Positions 47,586-59,500 of a DNA stretch of 64,000 nt are shown here, one piece after another. Below the pieces are notes generated by a model. That model was not told the DNA's origin. It searched no databases and worked only from the letters and a program-made list of their open reading frames with translations. The position numbers and the translations under genes were made by a program. Origin of the DNA: Candidatus Omnitrophota bacterium (GTDB lineage: Bacteria; Omnitrophota; Gorgyraeia; Gygaellales; Profunditerraquicolaceae); assembly GCA_016208765.1 (NCBI GenBank), contig JACQXK010000009.1, positions 118,255 through 182,254 of the forward strand. The letters run 5' to 3'. How positions within the stretch are numbered: the first letter of the stretch is position 1; each line of letters starts with the position of its first letter.

Positions 47586-50500
47586 ATGTTGGACTGGCAG
47601 AAGAATAATAAGTTAAGGGCATTCATCAGGACTATCTGTGTTGTTTTAATAATAACCTTTCTTTCCTATGATTTATCTTGGGCAGGTGCAACCGAAGTAT
47701 TTAGTCCCAAAAACTGGTGTGCAGCGGCCAAGCCGAAAGATTTCACTTCAATCGAAATTCCCCAGGAACTCGGAGTAATTAAGGAATCCTATATTTCAAA
47801 ATCTAATCCGCATAAGCTGATTATCCATATTCAGGATGCCCATGCTAATGTTGAGGCGCAGGAAAATGAGGCAAAGCTCATCAGTTATCTTAAAGATAAA
47901 TACAGCGCGAATCTGGTTTCAGTGGAAGGCGGCTTTGGCGATTTTGACGCTAAATTCTTCCGGGAATTTCCCAAAGATAAAAAAGTAAGAAATAAGATTG
48001 CGAGATATTTTCTCTCTAAGTCTTTTATTTCCGGTACAGATTATCTTTTGATTACTGATAATTCGCCTCCGGCAGTTTACGGCGCAGAAGACAAAGATCT
48101 CTATTCAACGCACCTTGCTGTCTTTAAAGATAATCAGGAGATCGTTAGCGCTCTTAATCGATCCTTGGGTCTTTTGGACAACGCAGTTGAAGCCTTGAAA
48201 GATAAATTCTATTCCAGGGACTTAAGAGAACTGGATAAAAAAACAAGTGATTTTAGAGAAGGAAGGCTCGCTTTAGAGGATTACCTCTCTTACCTTAATA
48301 TTGCCTCAATTGTAAATAATCTGGACCTTGCCGGGTTTCCCAGTCTTTATCGTTTGATTACTTCCGGAGAGCTGGAAAGAAAGATTAACTTTGATAAAGC
48401 CGAAGCCGAACGCCAGGCATTGATTGAAACGCTTGCCAGGACGTTAGAGAGAAATGAACTCGAGGAATTAATAAAGGCCAGCCTTGATTTTAAATCCAGC
48501 AAGCTTAGTCCTGCTGATTATTATACCTATCTAGAAGGTTTAGCCAAAAAATCCGGCATCGCAGCCGGCTCCTATAATAATTTATTTACCTATATTAAGT
48601 ACATAAGTTTATCCAGCGGCTTGGATAATTCCCGGGTCTTTCCGGAAATAGACGAGCTGGCAGAAAGGCTCAAAGAGAAGTTAATTGCTTCTTCCGGACA
48701 GAAAGATATAGATAAACTCTGCCTGATGACGCGCATCCTTAAAGGCCTTGCGGAGATAAACCTTTCGCCCAAAGAATATGAATATTTTAAGAAAAGCAGG
48801 AATGATTTTACACGAAAAATTCTTGCCGGGCTTTTCGGGAGGTATCTGAATAATTCTTATGTTAAGAATCTGCCTGCGGATGATCAAATTTTATCTTTAG
48901 AGAAATTCTACAGCCTTGCCCATGACAGGGATAAGGCAATAGTCGAGAATTCTCTTAGCCGTTCAGACAGAGAATATAGCGCTAATTCTGTTATTCTTGT
49001 TGCCGGCGGTTTCCATACCCAGGGCATCACTTCAATCCTGAAAGAAAAAGATATCTCATATTTAGTTATCGCTCCAAATCTTAAAACAGCACAGGAAAAA
49101 GAATCAACCTATTTTTCTTTGCTCAAAGATAAGAGAATTCCTTTGCAGGATGTTTTAACTGATCCGGATACTTTGCAGATTATAAACAGTATTTCCGATC
49201 CCCAGGCTCGGAAGCTGCTGATTAACTACTGGGTTGCCCGGGCATCAAGGTATTATTCTTATGAAGATTTGAATGTCCAGTTAAACCGACTTGCTTTATC
49301 CGATGCCGATAAAACCGCAGTTAACCTTGCTTTAAATGAAATTCCCCATCAGGAAAACATGGTTGTTAAAGAATCTCCTGCCAGCCGCGGAAGCAGCCCT
49401 GTAAAGACAGAAAAGGATTTCTTCAGGGTTATTTCTTTTGTCTTAAGTTTTGGTTGGGCAGCTACAGCCTGGGCAGATTTTGGCCATGTCTGCCACAAAG
49501 CCATCTCAGGATTGCAGGATTTGGTTACTCAGCCGGTTGTGATTATTTCGGGGATCTGCGCCGGAATTGGTTATATGGTTTATCGTATCGCAAAAAAGAT
49601 ATTCAATAAAGGCCCGGCGCCAATGCAGAGGCAGCCAGAGGCAGTGCCTTTGGAAATTATGCCGCCAGAAGTATATGCAGCTAACCGGCCTATGCAAAAT
49701 ATTATGCCGCCAGTTCCGCATGTAATCAGCCGGCCAGCACAGAATAATCTGCCGGCTGCAGCCGGCGAAATCAGCGAAGAAATCCGCCGGTTAGGCGAAT
49801 TTATCTCTCAGGCTTCCAGCGAGACCCTCTCCAGGAGTTTCTGGCCGGCAGGGCCTTTTGAACTGCCGCTTCCCATGCCGATTACGGAATTTGAACGGCT
49901 GCCTTCTGACAGGGAAAAAATTGTCAGTATTCTGGAAAATATGCAGCGGATGATGGATTGGGCTGATGAAACAGCCCTTCATGATTTTGAAAAGGCAGTT
50001 GATAACGCCAGAGACCGGACAACACAAGAAGCCTTATCAGGTTTTGACAGGTTATCTAACACCCAGATTCATAATCTCGCCACCAGCGGGTATTTGGCAG
50101 AACTACAAAGAGAATTCCAGCAGGTCATTGATAATCAAGCCCAACTCATGATACATTCCTATACTCCAAGCGCCCAGGAACAAACCCTCTATGTGAGTGA
50201 AGAAATGGACCAGAGATATCCGCGTCTGCCCAGATATCTAAAATGGCTGCTTGGTAATAATCCCGGGCTTGAATCTGATCCTTTAATCAGGGATTTCCTT
50301 TATGCGGTTGAGATGAGGATGATGCGAATACCGCCTTTTCCTGAAATGGTCAGGGAATATTCCAGAGAGGCATTATACAAGTCGTTATATCTAAATCCTG
50401 AACTGGCAAAGCGCTTAATTTTGTATTTATCTAATGGTGTTTCAGAAGGTGCTGTTTTTGATGAAGCACGCACCCAGGAGCTAATCACGCAGGAGTTAGC

Positions 50501-53500
50501 TCCGGCACCCGAAGCCTTGCCTGAACCGGATATTAAAAAGATAACAGCAGAAAAGTCAGAACTCCGGTCATTGGAAGAGGCTTGCAACCAGCTAACGGCT
50601 AAATTGAACGAGCAGGAAGAATTAGCAAGAAAGATCGAGGCTGATCTTCGCGAATTAAACGAGAGTCTTGAAGAGGCGCGCAGGCAGAACGATGCAATTA
50701 TTATTGACGCTTTAAACCCGGCAGCCGCAGGCCTGTCTGCAAAATTAGAAAGAGAAAAAGCCTTACTTTTAAAACTCCAGCAGGAAAAAACCGAATACGA
50801 AGATAGAATTAAAAAAGTAAAAAAGGATTTAGGCTTGGATGAAGGCACGACACTTTATTCATCCAGTCCGCTTACTATGGGAGTTGTTGCGGTATTTGCG
50901 GCGATGTTCGGTATTCCTTTATACATCACAAAAAAGATTATAGGTAAATATTTTACTACTACCCTTGCTAAGGTATTCGGTATAGGTGCCGGTATCGCAA
51001 CGCTTATTCCGGGTTATTATATTTATTACGCAAGTCTGAAGCCGCAGATAGAGCAGGTTTTTGTTAATTTCCCGGAAGCTGATTGGGCGAGGCTTGCTTC
51101 TTTCGTAATTATCTGGCCGATTTCTGTAATTATCGGAACTCTCTTTGGAAAGATTGGCGAAGAAGTAATACATGAGGCGCTGTATGACAGGGCGAATTCT
51201 GCGTATAAGAAAAAAGATTTTGCCAAGGCAGCGGATTTAATTAATCGCGCGATAGAATTAAGAGAAAAGCCCGAGTATTATGCTTTGCTGGGAGACTGTA
51301 GATTTGAAGAGAAACGAATTAACGCGGCCATTGAAGCCTATGAGAGTGCTTCAAGATTAGGAAGCAAGAACAACCTGGCATACAACAGCCTTGGCGTGTT
51401 GTATGCACAAACAGGCAATGATGCAAAGGCCATTGAGAATTATAAACGTTCGTTAGAATTAAAGCCCGACAATGCAGTGGTTTTAACTAATTTGGGAAGG
51501 GTCCTGCATAGAAAGGGCCAGCTCTTAGAAGCGGCAAGGGCTTTGCAGCGCGCCCAGGAAATAAGACCTGATCTATCAGTTACCGAAGAATTAAATCAGA
51601 TCTTGCGCCAGGCAGCTGGTACTCCAAAACCGCAGCAGCCAAAAGACCTTGATTATATTAGGACAAAGAAAGCTTCACTTATAATTGACAGGGAAAAGTC
51701 TTGGCTAAACCAGCTTAATGATAAGGATGTTTTAGGGCCACTTATGTTCTTAGGCGCAGTTATAGGCTGGGTTTTGGGAGGCTTATTCTTACATTATGTC
51801 CCTTACGGCCATCATTGGAATTTAGGAACTTCAGCTGATCCTTCTTGGTTAGGAATTGCTGTTTGGACAGGAGAAATTATTGGTGCTCCGCTTGCAGGCG
51901 TAGGTTTAACTATGCCAATTATATGGATTAGCGATAAGATTACCACATTCATAAGGCAGGTTTACAGATATATAAAATTTCCCCATGATTACAAAATAAT
52001 GCAAAAGATTAATATAAAGCCTTCAGATGAACTTTCAGATGAGGATTTAAAACGGGCAGCACCTTTATTTGCCCGGCTTCCCAAGGATTATTTAGAGGAG
52101 ATATTCCGTTCCTGGGTTGAAGCCGGACATGATGAAAAAATACCGCGGCTTTTTAAATTCGACAACTGGAAGTCAAGCAAGATACAGGTTTATTCGGATA
52201 TCGGAGAATATAAAAAAGCAATACGCGCGGCTGTTGTTAAGTTTACGAATTCCCAGGCAGAGCAGTCCAGCCTGACAACAGAGATTGACAGCCAGAAGGA
52301 AAGGCTTGCGCAAAAGGGAATAGAGAATTCCATTAGATTGTTAAAAGACATCCTGCCGCAGGTAGCCGAGCATTCCCGTACAAGACAAGAGTTTATTTAC
52401 TGGCTTAATCTGCTTGTAGATTTGCCGGTAAATGTCTGGAATCAAGGTTCAAAGCGCGTTTTGGATGATTTTACCGATTTAAGAGAGTTTAAACAAGTTC
52501 AGGAAGCTGTCTTGAAAAAATTTGCTCACAATCCGCAGGAAGAAGAGAGGATTAACAAAGTAATAGAAAAGTTGAAATCAAAACTCAATGAAGACGGATT
52601 TTTTAGTCCCGCCGGAATTTTAAAGACAGCCTTAGATGAAGTGAGTAAAGTTTCTCGCGATATCAATGAATTTATATTCTGGGTGAATGAATTAACACAA
52701 TTTGACAAGAATCTTTTTTCTTCAGGTTTTGGATATTCAAGGAGGCAAACAGGAGACGCCTGTCTGCCGGCATTACAGAACCTGGTTGTATATGAAAGAA
52801 CAAAAGAAGAAGCCGCTAAGAAATTCTGCAAGGATGATAATGAAATCAAGACACTCTACCAGGCTGCTGATTCTTTAAAGAAACTATTAAGGGAACAATC
52901 TTTCGCCGGTAATTTCTCAATATTAAAAGATATTATCTTAAGAGTAGCCGAGGTCTCGCGAAGTTTAACGGAATATCTTGATTACATAGCTGTATTAAAA
53001 ACCTTTGATAAAAATATTTGGCGCAGTACACAGACAGTTTTACAGGCCCTTAACAACCATATTGACTATAAAAAGGCAAGAGAAAATGCAGCAGCAAAAT
53101 TCACGCATAATGATTCAAACCGGCAGAGATTCCTTTCAGATGTCGATGATTTAAGAAATCAGCTAGTGCAAAAAGGTTTTCCTCATGCCTCGGACTTGCT
53201 CAAAGACGTGCTTCCGGAATTAACCAAGACCTGTCGCTCCAGCGAAGAATTTGTTTATTGGCTCGGGGAATTAGTCGGGTTAAATCCCAGCGTATGGCAC
53301 GCAGGAGCCCATGCAGTAGTCAGCAGTTTTAATGATCTGGCTGGCTTTAAACAGGCTAAAGAAATGGCCCTTGATAAACTTTGTGCCAGCCGGCAGGAAA
53401 AAGAAGAATTAGCTAAAACAATTGACGGCCTTAAGGCAAAACTTGAAGGAAAAAGGCCCGGTTGCGCAGGCCTCTTCAAAGATCTCATTTTAGAGATTCT

Positions 53501-56500
53501 AAAAGATATTGATACGCTTTCTAACCCGTCTTACAGAAAGAATGACTTTATCTGGTGGCTGGCAATGTGCGTTAATTTTGAGCCGGCGGTCTGGCATGCC
53601 GGAATAACGCAGGTTTTAACAGGTTACCGGGAATTAAAAGATTATGTAAGAGAAAGGCGGGAATTATCCGCAAGATTCGCTGCTAATCCTGAAGAAGAAA
53701 AGCGGTTGTCAGGCGCTTGGGATAATTTGGATAAAGCTGCTAATTTTGCAAGGCCTGCTTCCATCAACCTGCTTAAGGGTGCGTTAGATAAGTCAGCTCA
53801 AATTTCCGCTAACCCAAGAGAATTTGTTTTTTGGGTGGGGACTTTATCCGAATTAAACACTGAAGTGCTGGATATATTCTGCCGCGACATCGAAACCGTC
53901 TTTAGCTATTACAAAGAAAAAGGCAAATCACGCGACTTTAACCATTTACCCGCAGCTCTAAACCAGTACTATAAAACTTATCATCAGATAATCCTTATTA
54001 CACTTGATCTCTTGGATATATTAACTGAGCCGGGGGTTGATATTAATGCCAGGGTTGAAAAAGCTTCCCGTTATATAGTTGAGCAGAAAATTGTCAGATT
54101 GGGCGCGCCCCCTAATTTGATCGGATTAAAAGATGTTGTCAGTTTTGACCAGCTGCTGGGCATTGTCGGCGAAGGCGGTTTTGGCGGTTTATTAAATTAT
54201 CACTGGCAGGAGGAAACGACATCTTATGATGATTACGGAGGTTATGGCGAATCATCTTATTATGACACTAATCTTCAGCCTATCCGCCTTATTGTTCCCA
54301 AAATGGGCAGGGATGGAATGTATTCGTTTTGGGAAGCGCAGCAGCCGCCTTATTATCGGCAGTTTCAGGAGGAGACAAGAGGCTTAGCTCCGGGCTTCCG
54401 CAGGCCGGGAGAAAAATTCAGGGTGGCGTATGATGACAGAGTATTAAACTGGAGCAAAGAAGATATTTTTCAGGTTATGCCTATTGCAAGCGATGTAGAG
54501 GCATTGCAGCAGTTGATCCGGTATTTGCGTATGGAATGGCCGAATCTTTACGAAAGCTTTATTGAGCCTAAAAGAGACTTGATTAAAGATAGATTCTTAG
54601 AAGAATTCGTTACCCCGGATACAGTCTTAAAAATGTCGCAGCAGCTTTTAGGTAAAGTGCAAAACTGGAAGTTTAGCGATGACGAAAGAACAGTATTCCT
54701 GATTAAGATTATGGAGATATTTGCTTTTTCGGAAACCGCAGATTTAAGGACAAGAATTAACAATGCTTCAGAAGATTTTAATAAACTAAGGCTGGTAGCA
54801 GAGTATTGGGAAAAAGTTTTAGAGTTAATTTTGAAGCATAATTGGCTGCAGGAAAAATCCAAATTCTATAAAAGTGTTGCCAAGATAATTAAGCAAAGGA
54901 CAGCTACAATTAATGATAAGTTAGGTAACGGCTCAGAAGGGGTGATGCAGTTTTATCTTTCCGGAGGAACGGTTGCCGACTTCTTCAGGGGTATTGTCAG
55001 CTGCGATTGTACCAAGCCCGGAGGACAGGCTTTTCAAAATACCCTTGGCACAGTGGTTGATCCTGGATTTCTCTTATTCAAAATTATTGAGAGCGGACAG
55101 TGGGCAGGAAATATTTATTCGGTTATTTTCAAAACAAAGGATGGTAAATTCGCGTTATTCGTAGATGTATTCCAGATTAATCTCGGGCATCCCTTGGTTG
55201 CGCAGGGCGATACCTGGAATAAGAAAAGGGAAAGGTTTATTGCGGCTTTCTTCCAGGAATTTAAGTCGTATCTTGCCTCTCAGGGTTTTGATTATTTGAT
55301 TTTTGCCAATACCCATTCTTCTCAGAAGATCGGTGAATATATCCATAGAGAACTGGTTAAGCAATCAGGCAGGTCCTCAGCAGAATCCTTAAGTTTGAAA
55401 AAGCCCGGAGGGCTGGCGCATTTAGGCGAAGGAGCCTTGCCTGTGGAATTTGTACAGGGAGTGGGTAATATTGCGCCGGGTTTTCAGAGTGTTTCAGGAT
55501 ATAAGATTGCTTTGGATAAAAATACTGCGCAAAGCGCGCAGCAGAGAAAGAAAAAGCTCGATGCTCTCACTGTTTTATTAAAAGAAGCAGCTAATGAAGA
55601 ATCTCGCTTATCCGGAGTTTTAAGACAGGCGCAAAAAGAATTTAATCAGCTTAATGCGAGAGGCAGGGAAGCCGCTAATTCCGGAAAGAACTCTGTTGCG
55701 GAGGCGCTTAGAAAAGCTTCCGAACAGAAAACTTTGGAAATCAATAAAGTCAATTATGAATTACAGGGGATCAGGCAGAGAATGCAGCAGGCCCAACTGG
55801 AAGCCGGGCAGATTATGGGAGCTCTTGGTTTACCGCAGGCGCGTCAAGACAGAACATCTTCCGCTGTCATCGGAAAATTTCTGTTGGCACTTCCAGTTGT
55901 AGGAGCTCTGAATTTATTTCTTGCCCGGTCTGCGCAGGCTCAAGAGCCTTCGTTTATCGAAGAGTTTGTCCGTAACCCGATAGGTTTCTTTTTAACTTTT
56001 TTAGGAGGCTTGGGAATTCTTTGGTTCATTATAACAAAGCTTTTTTCGGAGAAAGAAGAAACACTTCCTTATTACGACAGGAGTTTTCCCAGGCGTCCAA
56101 TAATTGAAGAATACCGCCTGCCGGAAGATGTAAGCGATCAATTAGACAGGGTCTTGGAAAAAACCTCTCCTAATGTTGCAAGCTTAATTCCTAAGAAAAT
56201 AGATATCAGATTGCCTCATATGTCCGGCATAAGTCCTAATCAGGCGGTTAAGGCGCTAAGATTTATTTTTACCAAGTTAATAAAGCATAACTCTATATTG
56301 GATTTCCTCAAAGGGCAGGATTTCTATAAGAAATTTAAGGATAGAACAAGTGAGCTGGGTTTAGCCGGAGATTTTGACCAAGCACAGCATAGTTACTTTT
56401 TTACCGTAAAGAGAGAAAAAGACCCTGATGTCCAATATGAGCTTAGTTTGTCAGAACGCAATGCCGATAGTATTTTAAGCGGGATTGCCAGCGGTGATTG

Positions 56501-59500
56501 CACATCCATAAACAGCCATGCTTTTTCTAACACTATTCCGCAGTTTATGCTTGATCCGGGATTTTTAGTTTTTAAGCTTTTGCAGGATGGTAAGTGGGTG
56601 GGCAATGTTTATACAATTGTTGCGCAAAAAGACAACAAACCGATTCTCATTATTGATGCTGTGCAATTGCCTGTTTTAGGCAGGGAGTGGCCGGCTCCGG
56701 CTGTTGAATTAGCAGACAAAATTGTCGAGAAAATAATTGAATACGCGCAAGAGCAGGGTTTCTCCGCGGTTTTAATGAGCAGTTTTATTTCTAATTTTAG
56801 CGCTGTGTATAAGCATTTCAGCCTGCAATATCCGGTGAAAGCGGCAAGGATAGAGAAAGTCGGAGGTTTTGAACATTTAAAAGCCTTGGGCCTTTGGGAT
56901 GATTATGTATTGTGCAATGAGTACTTGGAAACTTTCAGTCCGCAGTGGAATTATTCTTCAAAGACAAGAGTCAACCCGAATAATCCGGAACAAACATTGT
57001 TATTAAGGAATATTTGGGAGAAGGCCCGGTCTTTAGATGAAACTAAAGAAGATCCTGTTCCTGCTTCAAGCCCGATCCAGTCTGTTTTGAATAAATTAAA
57101 GATCGCGGTTCTTATTGGAATAGTGTCTTTATTTATACTTGCTATGCCGCATAAGGCAAATGCGGCTAAATTTGCGATAACCGGCACAACACCGCCCCAG
57201 GTTGTAGCTGTAGTGGAAAAGGGAGATACTGCCTGGAAAATTGCCGGACAAGCATACAAAGAAGTCGAAGGATTGGGTAAAGGCAGTTATTCTGCTAACT
57301 TGCAATGGAAAAGAATTTACGAAGCTAATCCGCAGCTGCATCACCGTCCGAATAATACTCTTGCGCCAATGTACGAAAACGGCAGGCATTACGAAGATGA
57401 CAAGCATATTGTAGTTAATATCAGGCCGGGTGACAGGCTGGTTATTCCGGGACAAGTAAATTACGAGACAACAGGATTACAGGCGCCTGCCTTACAAAAG
57501 CCGGCTGTTCCGGAAGCAGGAGTTTCTCAACCGCCAGTCAATGTCCAACAAGCAGAACAGGAATTTTCCAAACTGAAAGAGCAAACCCAGACCGCGCAGG
57601 CTGATTTAGAGAGGCTGCAAAAACAGAGGGATGAACTTAACCGCCAGATTCAAGAACTACAAAACCAGCTTAATGATGCAAGAGAGCAGTCTCAAGCTTT
57701 GCAACCCATAGAAGCAAGGCGCAAAGCTTTGGAAGACGAAGCAAAGCAGCTTGAAGAGAAGCGGGCTAGGTATGCTCAGGAAATCGTTGATCTTGAGAAA
57801 CAATACCGCGACGCTCAGGATAATCTAGCTAAAGTTATTTCTGAAAGAGAAAAAGCCCGAGCGGAGCTGGAACAGCTTAAGCAGCAAGTTCCCCAGAAAC
57901 AGGCTGAGTTAAATAGGATTAGAGAAGAAAACGAAAGACTGGAGGCGCAAAGAAAACAGATTCAGGATAATCTATCCAGGCTGCAAAACCAAAGAGGTGA
58001 TTTGCAAAAGTCAATTGACCAATTGAATCAAGAAAGAGCTGAATTGCAGAGGGATTTGGAAAATCTCCGGCAGCAGATAGTTGAAGCCAAGAAAATATTA
58101 GATGAAGCAAAGCAAAAAATCCAGCCTGTCTGGAAAAATGTTTGGGATGGTTTATCGCTTCCGGCAAGAATAGGGCTCATTCTTTTATTTATAACCGGCT
58201 TAGGAGCAATCGCCGCAGGGATCATTTTGATAAAGAGATGGCATAAATTCAAAGAATTAGAAAATAAAATAAACCGGTTAAGAGAAGAAGCCGAAGACTT
58301 AGATGGCCAGCTTACGCCTTTACGCGCAGAGAAGGATGATCTTGTTAAGATGAAAGAGGATACGCTTGCAGAAAAAGTTAGAGTTGAGAAAGAAGCAAGG
58401 AAGGTATCCCAACAGCAGACCCAGCTTGAAGCTGATAGAGGCATACTTACGCAAGAATCTCAGGATTTGCAAAAACAAAAGGAAGAAATAGAAAAACAAA
58501 AACAAGGCTTAGCTGAATTAGATAAACAAAAACAAACAGTAAAGGATGAAATTACGCAATTAGAAACTCAACGCGACGGCCTTAATCAAGCATTAGCTCA
58601 AGCGCAGGAAGAGGTCAAGAAGGTTCAGTCTCAGACGCAAACGCAGATTAATGCCTTAGATGATCAGTTGCAGGAGGCAAGGGAAAAATATGAAACCAGC
58701 TTTGCGGAGATAGAGGAGCAGAAATCTAAAACTCAGGGTGAATTACAGGGTTTGCTTTCTGAAAAAACCAAGGCAGAAGGAGAATTGAATGCTTTGGCCG
58801 AAAAGACAGCTTTATTAGCAGAGACACAAGGAACCTTGCTTGAGGGATTGCAGGATTTAGAAAAACAGCAAAAAGCAACTCAGGAAAATATTGAGCTTTT
58901 AAGACAGGAAGAAGCCGGATTAAAGGATAGAGCTGAGAAGTTAAGAAAAGTCAGGGAGATTAAGCCGGAAGTAGAGGGTTTGGCAGCCAGGGCAAGAGCT
59001 ATTTCTCAGGAAGTTAATTCTTTGTATTTAGGAGAAGAAGGCAAGGCACGCGGAGTAGACGCTTTTGTCAGTCTAGTGCAGACAAAGAGCCATAGCGGAG
59101 ATGAACATCAAATCAGAGAAGAATTAAAAGGAATTTTGACGTCTCTGGGAGGAAAAATAATTTTAGAATGCGGAACAGCTAATAAACAATGCGGGTTAAA
59201 GAAAAACGGCGGTATTGTTCCGCAAAATCTGGTAGTGGAATTTCCGGGTACAGGCAGATTTAGTAAGGAGCCCGGATTTATTATTAATGCCCATATGGAT
59301 ACGGTTACTCACAGCACCCCAGAGCAGATGGATGTTTCAGATAGCGCAAAAGGATTTTTTCATAAAATAAACGGTTCGTTTGGTGCTGATGATAAAGCCG
59401 GGCTGCTGGTTCAATTAGAGGCTTTGCGTTTTATGAAAGACAATTATTGGGATAAAGGATACGACCACAGAAGGATCGTGTTTATCATTACTGCAGAAGA

